DNA of 64,000 nucleotides from Chiloscyllium plagiosum (lineage: Eukaryota), in the NCBI RefSeq assembly GCF_004010195.1, contig NC_057736.1, forward strand, positions 48,596,930 through 48,660,929, given 5' to 3'. The notes beneath the pieces are model-generated. The model was not told the origin of the DNA. It saw only the letters and a program-made list of their open reading frames with translations, and ran no database searches. Made by a program: the position numbers and the translations under genes. How positions within the stretch are numbered: position 1 is the first letter of the stretch; each line of letters starts with the position of its first letter. Below, piece by piece: positions 38,460 to 51,540 of this stretch.

Positions 38460-41400
38460 TTAAGGAGTGTGTCGGCGTTCACAGGGGGCTTTCGGGGAGA
38501 GTATCAGTATTTACAGTGAGGGGTCCCGGGTCATGTTTCGGTATTCGTAGTGGTGGGCACAGGGGTGTGTGCTGTATTTACGGGGCGACCCCGTGGAAAG
38601 TATATGTATTCACTGTGGGGGATTCCGGGGACCGTGTCAGTATTTACAGCGGGATCCAGGGTAATGTGTCAGTGTTCAGGGGAGTGCCCTGCGTAGCGTG
38701 TCCGTATTTAGAGGGCAGGTCCCGGAGTTTGGGTTGGTATTTACAAAGGAGTCCTGGGGATTGTGCCAGTTTTTACAAGGGTGTCTCGGGGACTGTGTAG
38801 GCATTTACAGGGTGGTCCTGGGAAATGCGACATTTTTTACATTGGAGGACCAGGGAGAGTGTTGGTATTTACACGAACATCCCCAGGAGCGTGTCTGTAT
38901 TCACAAGGATCCCGGGGAGTTTGTCTGAACTTACAGGACAGTCCCGCGGATTCTATGGGTAATTTATGTCGTGTACTGGGGAGTGTGTCGATATTTACAT
39001 CGGTGTCCCGTGGAGTGTATCAGTATATACAGGAGGTTGCCAGGGTGTGTATCAGTATCTGCAGGATTTCCTGGGACGTGTGTCAGTGGATACAAGGGGT
39101 TCCCAGGGTGGAGATCAGTTTTTACAAGTGTGCTCCTGGGAGTGTGTCAGTTCTTACAGGGTGTTCCCGGGGTGTGTGTCATTAGTTGCAGGGGATTCAT
39201 ACAGAGTTTGTCAGTATTTAAAGGGTGTGTCCCAGGTGGTGGGTCGGTATTTACAAGTGGTTTCCCAGGACGTGTGTCCTTACTTACAGGACTGTACCTG
39301 GGTGTCAGTCAGTACATATTGGGAGGTTGGGATTATCCTGGGAGTATTGCTGGCACTCAAAGGGGCATCCCAAGGAAAGTGCCAGTATTCAGAACTGTCA
39401 CGGGGATTCTGTCAATATTTACATGGGTGGGTTCAGAGGAGCGTGTCAGTATTTACTTGGTGGATCCAGATGAGTTTGTCGGTATTTATTTGGTGGGTCC
39501 AAGGGAGTATGTGAGTATTTATTTGATGGATCCAGGGGAGTATGTCAGTATTCATTTGTTGGGTCCAGTGAAGTGTGTGAGTATTTATATGCTGAATTCA
39601 GGAGTGTGTTGGTATTTATTTGGTTTATCCAGGGAAGTGTGTCGGCATTTATTTGTTGGGTCCAGGGGAATGCTTCGGTTTGAATTTAGTGGATGCAGGG
39701 GAGTGCGTCGGTATTTATTTGGTGAGTCCGGTGGCGTGTGTTGGTAATTACAGTTCTGTTAAGGTGTGTGTGTTGGTATTTACAGGGGCAATTCCAGGGA
39801 GTGTGTCAGAATTTACAGTGGGGGCCAAGAGACTCTGTCAGTATTCACGGGACATCCTGGGGAATGTGTCTGCACTTAGAGGCCTCTCCTGGGGTTCGGT
39901 TCAGTACTTAGAAAGGAATAGCAGAAAGTATGTCGGTATTTGCGGGAGACAGGGTGGTGTGGTCCTCGGAAACGGATCAGCATTTGTTGGGGTGTTCCAG
40001 TGAGTGTGTCGGTATTTCCAAGGCGGTTTCGGGAAGTGTGTCAGTGTGTACAGGGGAGCTCCAGTGAGTATGGCTGTATTTACACGGGAGTCCCGGGGCA
40101 TGTGTTGGTATTTGCAGAGGGGTCCTGAGGAGAGTGTTCTTATTTACAGGGGTGTTCAGGGGACTATATCGGTATTAACAGCAGAGTCATGGGGAGTGTG
40201 ACAATGTTAACAGGGGCGACTTTCCATGGGAGTGGATCGGTCTTTCCATGGTTGCCCCGTGAACTGATTCCATACTTACACCGTGGTCCCAGGTCGTGCA
40301 TGATTATTTATGGCATGGTCATGGGGAGTGTGTTGGTATCTACAGGGGGTGGTTCTGGGGAGTGTGTCATTATTTGGTAGATGGTACTGGGGAGTGTGCC
40401 CGTCAGTAATTACAGGCGGTGTCCAGGGGAATGTTTCAGTCTTTACAGGAGAGCTTCTGGGGCGTGTGTCAGTATTTACACTGGGAGTCTTGCTTTATTT
40501 CCAGGGGTGTCTCACAGATTGTGTCGGCATTTACAGGGGGATACTGGGGAGTGCGTCAGTATTTAAAGGATGGGTTCCAGGTAAAGTGTCAGTATTTACA
40601 CGGCAGTCCTGGGGAGAGTGTCAGTAATTATGGTCGGGGGTCGGATGTTCAGGGGTGTTCCGGCGAATGTGTCAACATTTACAGAGGCATTCCTGGGAGT
40701 GTGTTGGTACCTACAGGGGATGGTCCCAGGGACTGTGTCTGTATTTGGGCTATGTGTTAGTATTTACAGGGTTGAGCCGGGGAGTGTGTGTCAGTATTTA
40801 CCGGGCCTCCCAGGCAATGCGCCTTTATTTGCACGATGGTCCCGGGGAGTGGGAAAAATTATGGGGAGGAGTGGTCCTGTGGAATGTGTCAGCATTTACT
40901 GGGTAGGTCGGGTGAGTTGCCCTTATTTACAGGTGTTTCCCAGGGAATGTGCCGGCATTTACAAAGGCAGTCCTGGGGAATGTGTTGGTACTTACACGGG
41001 GTTCCCAGGGATTGTCCAGATTTACAATGTGGGGCGGGAGTTCTGGAGCTTGTGCCAGTATTTACAGGAGAGGTCCCGGGCTGTGTGTCAGTATTTTCGG
41101 GGGAGGGGTCCATGCAAATACGTCAGTATTTACACCATTGTCCTGGGGAGTGCGTCAGTGTTTACAGTGGGTGTCCTGGGGAGTAGGTTGATATTTACAA
41201 GGGCAGTCCCATGGAGTGTGTCAGTATTTACAAAGTAGGGTTGAGGGTGTTACAGAGAATGTAACAGTATTTACAGTGGCGGTCCCGGGGTTGTGCAGGT
41301 ATTTTCAGGGGCATCCATGCCAGTGTGTCAGTATTTACAGGTCTGATCTGAGGAGTGAGTTAGTATTTATAGTGCGGTCCAGGGAGTATATCGGTATTTA

Positions 41401-42170
41401 AAAGGGGGTCCTGGGGAGTGTATCAGTTTTTCCAGGTGGGTACTGAGGTGTGTGTCTGTATTTACAGTGTGGTGCTGGGGAGAGCGTTCGTATTTACAGG
41501 AGTGTCGCAGGGAGTGTGTCGGTATTTACAGAGTGGTCTTGGGGTGTGTGCCTGTATTTACAGCGTGTCGAGTAGTGAGTGACAGTATTCACAACAGGAG
41601 ATCCAGGGAGTGTGTTGGTATTTACAAGGGGTCCCCGGGAGTGTGTCAGTTTAACAAGGGATCCCAAGGAGTCTGCCAGTATTTAAAGGAGGTCATTGGG
41701 GGTGTTTCTGTATTTCCAGGGTTGTCCTGCAGTTTGTGTCAGTATTTACATGATTATCCCGGGGAATGTCACTATTTACAGTGGGAGGGGCTTCCGGGGA
41801 GTGTGTCATTATTTACAGGGGTGTCTTGGGGAATGTGTTGGTATTTACACGAGGCTCCCAGGGATTGTCCATATTTACAAAGTATGGGGGAGGCAGTTCT
41901 GGGGAGTGTGTCAGTATTTAAAGTGGAGGTCACAGGGAGTTTGTCATTATTTTCAGGTGGTCCATGCGAGTGGGTCAGTATTTACAGGTATGTCTTGAGG
42001 AGTGTGTCATTATTGACAGGGGTGTCCTGGGGAGTGGTTTGGTACTTGTGCCGTGTCCAGGGGAATGTGTCAGTGTTTACAGGGCGGTAACCGAGTGTGT
42101 GTCAGTATTTACCGGGTTGTCCTAGTGATTGTGCCCATATTCACATGGAGGGTCCCGGGAATGTTTTGAA
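38460..42170. repeat. Satellite A: degenerate ~32-bp tandem repeat, G-rich on the plus strand
   Basis: TATTTAC recurs at 41459, 41491, 41523, 41555; consensus approximately GGGAGTGTGTCAGTATTTACAGGGGGTCC. Confidence 0.95.
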
Positions 42171-45100
42171 CGTTATGAATACATAACGTTCAATAATCCT
42201 CCCCGCCACCACCACCGGCCTCGAAAATTACAGAGCACTCCCCTCATTCTAGCCACATATTATGTGACAGCTGCTCGCACTGACATTTGAACTCGCAGCC
42301 ATTGGATATGAACCAAAGCTGCCAGAATAGATACGATGCAGAAATTAGACCATTCAACCCAATGAGTCTGCTCCACCATTTAATCACGGCTGACGAGTTT
42401 GAAATCACAAAATACCCTCTTCCTCCGCATAAGCTTTGATCCCCTGGATACTAAAGAACCTCTCGATTTTTGTCTTAAATGTACTCAAAGAAATGGACTC
42501 CATAGCCTTCTGTGGCATTGAATTATATAAATCAGCACTCTCTAGTTGAATAAATGTCTCATTATCTCTGTTCTAAAAGTCTTCGTTTTACTTTAAGGCT
42601 GTGTACTCAGGCCTTAGACTCTCCTACCAATGGAAACATTTTATCCACATCAACTCTGTCCAGGCCATTCTGCATTGTATATTTTGTTCAATTCGAACAC
42701 CCCTCAGAGTCTTCAAATGTTCCTCATATTTTAAGCTTTTCATTCCTGGAATTATTCTTGTGAATCTCCTCTGAACATGGTCCTGCGTCCGTCCATCCTT
42801 CCTCAGATATGGGATCCAAAACTGCTCACAATACTCAACAATTTGGTACTACCAGAGCCTGGTACAGCCTCGGAAATATCTCACCGAGTTCATATTTAAG
42901 ACCACTAAAAATAAATGACAACATTGCATTTGCCTTCCGAACTACTGACTCAGCCTACAAGTTTACCTTGAGGGAATCCTGGCCTCGAACTCCCAAGTCT
43001 CCTTTGACTTCACATTTCTGAATTTTCTTCTCATTTAGAAAACAGTCCATTCTTCTATTGTGACGAAAGTTAGCACTGCAGATACTGGAGATCAAAGTCA
43101 AAATTTGAGTGGTGGTCGAAAAGCACAGCCAGTGAGGCAGCATCCGACGAGCAGGAAAATCGACGTTTCGGGTAAACGTCCTTCATCCTGATGGGAGGCT
43201 TTTGCCCGAAACGAAGATTATCTTGCTCCTCCGATGCTTCCTGACCTACTGTGCTTTTCCAGCACCACTCTTATCTTGACACGTGCCTCTTTTGTCCGAC
43301 CAAAGTGCATGACCTCACACTTTCCCACGTTGTACTCCAACTACCACTTACCTCTCCTAACCTGTCCAAGTCCTTCTGCACCCTCCACCCCTCCTCAAAG
43401 TTACCTGTTCCTATCTCTATATTTGTATCGTCTGCAAAATTAGCCAGTATGCCCTTAGTACGTTCACCTCGATCGTTAATGCAAAAGAAGAGTGGCCTGG
43501 TGGCTCAATGTTTAGCTCTGTTGCCCTGCGGCGCCAGGGACCTGAGTTCCATTCCAGCCTCAAGCGAATTTCTGTGGGGACGTTGCGCATTTTCCTCGCA
43601 TCTATGTGTGTTCCCTCCGGGTGCTCCGGTTTAATCCCACAATCCAAAGATGCACAGGTTCGATGATTAGATTATGCTAAATTGCCCTTTAGAAATCAGG
43701 GATGTGTAGGTTCGGTGCATTAATCAGAAGTAAAATGTAGAATGATAGAGGAGGGGAATGGGCTTGAATGGGTTGCTCTTTGGAGTGTTGAGGTAGACTT
43801 GATTGGCCGAAGGACCTGTTTCCACACTGTAGTGATTATATAAAAAAGTGAAAAGTTGTGGTCCCAGTACTAAGCCTTGCAGAACACCACTTGCCACCAG
43901 CTGTTAATCTGAAAAAGACGTTTTTATGCTCACTCTCTGCTCTCTACAAGACAACCAAGCTTCTCTCCATGCGTCTGATACCTTCGACCCTTCTCTTACT
44001 CATTAGCCTCCTGTGTGACACCTTGTTAAAGTCATTCTGGAATTCCAGGTGCTCAATATACATGTGCTCTCCTTGGCCGATCCTGCTTGCTACATCCTCG
44101 AAGAACTTTAGTAGATTGGTCAAGCATGACCTGACCTTGATGAAACCATCTTGACTTTGTCCTAATTTCCAATGTATTTCCAATGTTCAGAAATCTCATC
44201 CCTCACAATGGATTGCAGGATATTACCCAAGACTGAGGTTAATGTAATCATCCTGTAATTTTCTGTCTTTTGCTTTACTCCTCTTTTTTTAACAAGAGTG
44301 TCATGTGCGTGATTTTCCAGTCCTCTGGGACCTTTCCTGAGTCTACTGATTCCTGTTTGACTACCAGTAATGCCACCAGTATCATTTCAGCTATTTCCCT
44401 TTGAACTCTGGGTTGTCGTCCTCCGAGTCCAGGTTTTTTTTTCCCGCCTCAGGTCACTTCTGGCATCTTCTCTTTGGTGATGACCACCATACTCACCTCT
44501 ACCCCCTCACTCTTTGTCGGGGAAGGTGGACCAGCCACTCGGAAAATATGGCTGCATGGCATGCAGTTACTGCGCAGGCAAAAGATACCCAGTTCACATC
44601 CCGCATCAGCCTGCCTATCAGAGCTGATCCCTTCCTCCCTGAACGTGCATTGCCCTGCTCCCAGCATGCCCACACCCCGTTTTACCTTGCCCTGTCAACA
44701 CATTTTGACGACATTTGGTACAGGCGCACAACCAGGCTGCCGATCATACTGTGTAATTGTCCTCAGTCAGGTGCATGTGTACCTGTTGTTCATCAGTGTA
44801 CCACATTATTCTAACCCCTATAACCATATGGCAGCGGTGACCACTGCATCTGCAACAAGGGCTCTGACATGTCTGTAATCTTAGGAGAGGAGACTGCATT
44901 GAATTTCATGGGGGAAATGTCAGTCTGGAGTTGAGGTTTCCTACCCCAATACATAATTATCCGCAAAAGCACTGTTGCTCATGTGATTCCCCTAACATGT
45001 ATGAAGTTGAAGATCTCAACAAGTATCAGCCCACAGATAGTGTCAGACCTGCTGACGTCCTTCAGAACGTCGCGTTTATCCTTCCAGATTACTGACCTCA

Positions 45101-48100
45101 CATGGAATCGCTGTTAGGAGGCTTAGGAACTGGTCTCTGCCAATTGTATCTTCCATTAAGTCTGATGCTAAGCCACGATTTTGATGGTCATATCCTTTCT
45201 TAGCAGCGTCTCTGCCTCTCTATAAAGCCCAGTTATGCCTCTCGCTTACTGATTGTGTCTGTCTGTCGGCAAGGTTGTTTAATTTGGGTTACTGTTATCC
45301 ATTATTGATCACCCTGTTACCCTGTCTCGCTGATGTTGACATCAATCATTTTGTTCTCTCTGTCATTCGTAAAATTTGTTGCAAATGCTTCATACACTTA
45401 AAGAGAAAATCGTTTAATATCGTTTAAACAACCATGTAATGATCAAGTATGCACTGGCCGCCCACCCACCCATCCAATCCCTGTAACCCAACCACGAAGC
45501 AATACATCGCTGGCCACTGCGGGGTTAGTTAGTACAGTCAAGTCACATAATCCGCATATCCTTGGACCGTTTTAGGATACCTGAAAACCCCGGCAAAAAT
45601 CCCTGCTGATATTAAGAGAGCATAACAATTCTACACAGACAGTTGGTAAAGGCTGGCATCGAACCCAGGTCCCTGGCGTTGTGAGGCAGCAGCGCTAACC
45701 ATTGAACCACCATGATAACCCGTTGGTCTGGCAAATCTCCATTCACTTGTAGCCTGCCCCTGTTTTAGTTGGAATCGCTGTCCAATACCCTGATTATATA
45801 ATTGACTGGTTGACTGGTCCCAGCACGGTTCCCGTGGATCCCATGCAAGTGGAAGAGATCGCTGTACCCTGAGTACTGCTGGCAGTGCCCCATAAACTGG
45901 AATAACTTCTCCTCACACGACTGTGTGTCTGAGCCTGGAATCATCCTGTGAATTACACATGAATCACAGCTCGTGTTATTACTGATTAGGTGGGTTCACA
46001 TATTTGTATTGCCTGAATCTCTTCATCTTGCTCTGACTCTGAAAGTTCCTCGTTCAGCAAAATTCTTTACTTGAGAGAGGAGAGGAGGGAGATCAGGTAT
46101 CATAGGTTTGGGATGGAGAGTAGGACGTTCCAGATCCCAGTAGAACCCTATAATCTTCAGTATGAAGTATTCTCACTGTGAGGGTCGAATTACTTTCTCT
46201 GTCTCTGGCAGCTACTCGAGTACTTAGTGACTCAGCAGAATTCTCCACTCATAACTTTTCCATCACCTCATTGAGGACAATCGACCATCCAGACAGAGAA
46301 TAGAGAGTGAGATCTGCAGCCTTCAATAAAACCCCCAGTGATCACTTCCAGTGAACAGAGGACAGAGTACAAGTTTAAGGCAGCACACACCTGGGGTAAT
46401 GATGGAATGTCGTCACGTGCAGTCTTGGTGAGGCTCGGTCGACCAGAGATGAAGCGGCTCTCTCACGATAGGGTGAGCATGAAGCCTGGGATCTTCCTGT
46501 ACTTTGTGTTTTATTCTCTTCCACGCTATGCCTATTTATTTTTATGTCTGAGTTTTTAAGCGCACTATCTTTTACAATCGTTCCTATTGGTGTTACCTCT
46601 TCCAGTCTTTGCATCGAACTCTATCAATGTAACCTCTTTCTGTCGAACACGCCTCTCTATCTCTGTTTAGTCTAGAGGCACTACACTATCCCTGTCTCTG
46701 AAGACCTATTGCATCGTTTCAACCTTCCCTATCTCTCCAACCTCACCTGTGTCTCCAATCTTCCCCAGTCCTGATAACCTGCTACCATTTCCACAACACA
46801 CGATTCCTGCACCATTCTTCAGCACCTAGTACTCTTTCAATGTCTGTTATTTCCTCCTGTCCCCACAACCCTCTCTGTACAACCTCGGTCAGTTCCGAAA
46901 ACCTGCCCCGTCCATGTTGCTCTCCACTGGCGTATACCATTCCCCTGTTCCATGACCACCTAAAGCCTCGATAAAACTCCCTTTATCCGCAATGTAGTTC
47001 AGTCTTACCAAACAGACCGACCATAGTAACCGTTCTACCTCTGAAAACTGTCCATATCTCAGACTGCATTGAACACCTCTCTGACTGTCCTACGATAACT
47101 TGTCCACCACCTACTTTCGACTCAATGTTGTTTAATTCCCTGGCATATTCCTGGAGACTTTCTTAAATGACGGTTCACCATGAACCACCCTCCAATCTCC
47201 GGGCACTTCATCAAAGTTGATGATGCGTATCTTCTCTGGGAGCCCACAAATACCTCCGTAGCCACCCAAAAATAATCCAATCTCGACAACGTTCCCTTTC
47301 TGCGTAATGATCAGTCATACAAGGTTTGCTTCCTACATATCTCCTACAGCTCATCCTGCTACTGGAGCTGGAACTCTTGAAGGACATTCAGGTACATAAA
47401 TCCCTGTGAAAGATCAAGTGTATTCCAGGAGTTAATGCGCAGGAGCTACAGACAGGTGACCCTAAAGTCTATGCTGAGCATGTTGTTCAAGGGGATTCTA
47501 ATAAACAGGATCTGTAGGCATTTAGAAAGTCAGGGACTCATTTGGGAACGTTAGCATTGCTTTGTGCATGGTAAATCATGTCTCACTACTTCGAATCTTT
47601 TTTGACGGGGTGACGAAGAAAATAGATGAAGGCAGTGCGATAGATGCTGTAAACATGGACTTTAGCAAGGCCGCTCACAAGGCGTTGCATGTCATTTGTT
47701 GAATAACGTTAACTCTTATGGGTACATGGAGAGGTCGCCAATTGCATAAAATTTGCCTTGACGACAGAAGACACAGACAGGTGGTAGAGATTTATTTTAT
47801 CAAAATGGGATCTCATCCCCACTTCGTACTCATACCAACAGCCTCTCAACCCATGCTCACTCTGTTCTCAAAGCAATGCCTTTTGAACATAGAACAGAGA
47901 ATAATACAACGCAGAACACGCACTTCGGCCCTCGATCTTATGCCGAAATTTGAACTCCTCTAAGATCATCCCTCTACACTATCCCATTATCATCAATGTG
48001 CATATCCAAGCATTGTTTAAATTTCCCTAATGTGGCTGAGCTAAATACATTGGCAGGGAGGGCATTCCACGCCCTTACCACTCTCTGAGTAAACAACTTG

Positions 48101-51100
48101 GCTCTGACATCCGTCTTAAATCGATCTCCCCTCAAGTTGTAGTTATGTGACCTCGTACAAGCTGACGTTCATCATCATAGGAAGAAGACTTTCACTGTCT
48201 ACCCTATCCAATCGTCTGATCATCTTGTATGTCTCTTTCACAAACGCTTCGCATTCTACTTTCCATTGAGAACAGACCCAATTCTCTCAGCCTTTCCAAA
48301 TAAGACATTCCCTCCAGACCAGGAAAACATCCTTGGAATTCAGCTCTGCACCTTTACCAATGATTTCACATCCTTCCTGTAATGTGGCGAGCAGAACTGT
48401 ACACAATATTTCAAGTGCGGCCGCATAGGCGTTTTGGATAGTTGCAGCATGGCAATACGACTCCGAAACTCAATCCCTCTACCAACAAAACCTAACACAC
48501 CGTTTGCCTTCTTAACAGCACCAGCAATCTGGGTGGCAACTTTCTGGGATCTATGAACATAGGCTCCAAGATCCGTCTGCACATCTATACGACCAAGAAT
48601 CGTTCGTTTGACACACTATTCTGCCTTTCTGTTACTCTTCTCAAAGTGAATCACCTCAGTATTAGGTGCATTGAACTCCATTTGCCAACACACAGTCCAA
48701 TTTTGAAGTTTATCCAAGCTCCCCTGCAACCTATAACATTCTTCGATACTGTCCACTAGTCCACTGACTTTTGTGTCATCTGTAAACTTATGAAGCCATC
48801 CACCTACGCCTGCGTCTAAGTCATTTATGAAAATCACAAACAGCAGTTTTCCCAAAACGGATCCTTGTGGCACACCACTAGGATCCGGAAACCGGACTGA
48901 ATGTTTTCCATCAACTTCGATTCGCTGCCTTCTTTCAGAAAGCCAGTTTCTAATCTAAACTGCTAAATCACTGTCAATCCCATGCCTCTCCAACAGCATA
49001 CTATGTGGAAGCGTATCAAAGCTTTGCTGAAGTTCATGTACAGCACATCAACTGCCCTACCCTCATCCACATGCTTGGTCACCTTTTCAGTAAACTCAAT
49101 GAGTTTTGTGAGATATGACCTGCACTTGACGAAACCATGTTGAACATCTGCAACCAAATTATTGCTTGATGGATAATTATAAATCCTGTCTTTTATAATC
49201 ATTTACAATTTTTTTCTTAGCACACACGTCAGGTTCACTGGTCTTAAATTACTTGGGCCACTCTACTGCCTTTCTTGAATAAGGATACAACATATGCAAT
49301 CTTCTAGTCCTCTGGTACTAAAACTGTGGACAATACAGACTCAAAGTTCAAAGCCACAGGGTCCGCCATCTCCTCCCTAGATTCTTCCGAATACCCATAT
49401 AAAAACCATCTGGCCCAGGGGACTTTTCTAATTTCACTGCTTCTGAAATTGATAACACATCTGCCTTACTAACGTCGATCCTTTCTAGTCTAATATCTCC
49501 TTTCTCATTCTTCTCTTCTGCAATATTATTCTTTTTCTGAGTGAAAACCGATGAGAAATATTCGTTTAGCACCTCTCCGACCACAAGGGTCCACACACAA
49601 TTTCCCACTTCTGTCTTTGACTGGCCCTATTCCTATCCAAGTCGTCCTTCTATTCCTCACATACATTTATTCACCTGTCAAAACCTGCTGGCGTGCACTC
49701 TTTGCTTATCTTAATGCTCTCTTGAAATCCTTCCTAGCAAATCTGTATCTCTGAATAGCCTCATCTGATCCATCTCATCTCATCGTTACATAAGTCTCCT
49801 TCTTCCACTGAACAAGAGATGCAATTTCTGTAGTAAACCATGGTTTCTTACGTTATCACGTCCTCCCAGCCTGACAGGGACATACCTATCAAGGACACGC
49901 AATATCTGTTCCTTAACCAGCTGCATATTTCGATTGTCCCTATCCCCTACCTTTTGCTACACCATTCTATGCATCCTAAGTTTGCCTTTTTGCATTATAG
50001 TTGCCGTTGCCCAATCAATAACACTTGCCCTGTGGCATGTACTATCCCTTTCCATCGCTAAACAAAATGTAACTGAATTATGGTCACTCTCTCCAAAGTG
50101 CTCATCTGCCACTAAATCAAACAACTGGTCTGGTTCATTACAAAGCACCAAATCCAGTGTGGCCTCCCCTCTTGTCGGCCTTCCGACATATAGTGCCAAA
50201 AACCCTTCTGCACATGTGATAGAACTGCTTCACCCGAAGTTCTAAAGTTGAGTCATTTCAAGTCAATGTTGGGGAAGTTAAAGTCCCCATTATGATCACT
50301 CTTTCCTTTCACTCCGAAACAGAATAATTTTGCCAATCCTCTCCTCCACCTCCCTGAAACACTGTCGAGGCCTGTATAAAATCTCCCTCAGTAGACGAGT
50401 CCTCGTCAGAAGTCATTTCAGCCACCTTTATTATTTCCTTTACTAAGAAGGCCATAACTCTCCCTCTTTTACCGACTTGTCTGTTCTTCATGAAAAATCG
50501 AAACCTCATAACCTGGAACATCCATTCATGATCCAGCTCTATCCATGTCTCCGAAACTGCCGCACATACAATTCCCAGGTACCTATCCATGCTGCAAGCT
50601 CAACTACCTTCCTTCAGATACTTCTGGTGTTGAAGCACACACACTCCAAACTAGCTTGTTGCCTGCCTCCACTTCCCCGTAAGCGTGAAATCCTATCCGT
50701 ACCCACCCGACTCTCATCCGCCTATGCACTGGAACTACATCTCAGGTTCCCTTCCCTCTGCTGAGCTAGTATAAACCCACCCGAATAGCACCAGCAAAAT
50801 TATTACCCAAGATATTCTTACCCATCTGGTTCAAATGAAGACCATCCTGTTGGAGAGGTCCCGCCTTGCAAACAGATTGAGCCACAATTATCCAAATCCC
50901 TGAAACCCTCCCTCCTTCGCCATCCCTGCAGCCACATGGTCAGCTCATATCTCGCCCTATTCCTTGCCTTGCTATCCCGTGGCACTGGTAACAAACCAGA
51001 AATAACTGCTGTTTGTTTTGGCTCTCAGCTTCCACCCGAGCTCCCTGAAATCCTGCCTTACATTCCTATCCCTCTTTCTACCTGTGTCCTTGGTACCTAT

Positions 51101-51250
51101 GTGGACTACGACTAAGGGCTGATCACCCTCTTCCTTCAAGGCCCCAAAGACACGATCTGAGACATGACGGACCCTGGCACCTAGGAGGCAACACACCAAA
51201 CGTGAGTCGTGTTAGTTCCCAACAAACCGTCTATCTCTACCCTCTAACTG
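41908..51250 (+). repeat. Segmental duplication copy 2 (paralogue of 1-8004)
   Basis: Same order of CR1 (42325-44420), Penelope palindrome (43075-43280), V-SINEs (43491-43838 and ~45520-45715) and CR1. Confidence 0.95.
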
Positions 51251-51540
51251 TTGCGTTCCAAATGGAAACACTCTCACTTTACCTCATTCCTTTCTGTGCA
51301 ACAGGGACAGACAATGTGCGGGAGACCTGCACTCTGCTGCATACCACTGGTAAGTCGTTCCCCCCAACACCAACACTGTTTAAAACGGTATACTTGTTTT
51401 CCAGAGGAATTGCCACAGGGGATCCCGCCACTGACTGTTTTTATTTTCCTCCTCGAACAGTTACTCAGCTTTCTTCGTGCCTCGGAGTGGCTGTTTCCCT
51501 GTAACTCACTTTCGGCACAGCCTCTGCCTCTAAAATGAAC
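47888..51540 (-). mobile_element. Near full-length decayed CR1 LINE (ORF1 SGNH esterase, APE endonuclease, RT)
   Basis: CCLLGARVRHV..VVVHIGTKD; PTRGEATLDLVL..HFGESDHNSV; KSPGPDGFY; QHGFVK; PQGSVLG..FTDDTKV. Confidence 0.95.

Noticed and set aside
38516-42090. Long Cys/Gly/Val-rich ORFs (e.g. 38971-39747) as repeat proteins or zinc fingers
   Set aside because: Overlapping ORFs in all three plus frames; read-through of a stop-poor satellite; no C2H2 spacing
38460-42170. CRISPR-like alternation of constant core and variable spacer
   Set aside because: Spacers are homologous G-rich variants, cores are degenerate, there are no cas genes and the context is vertebrate
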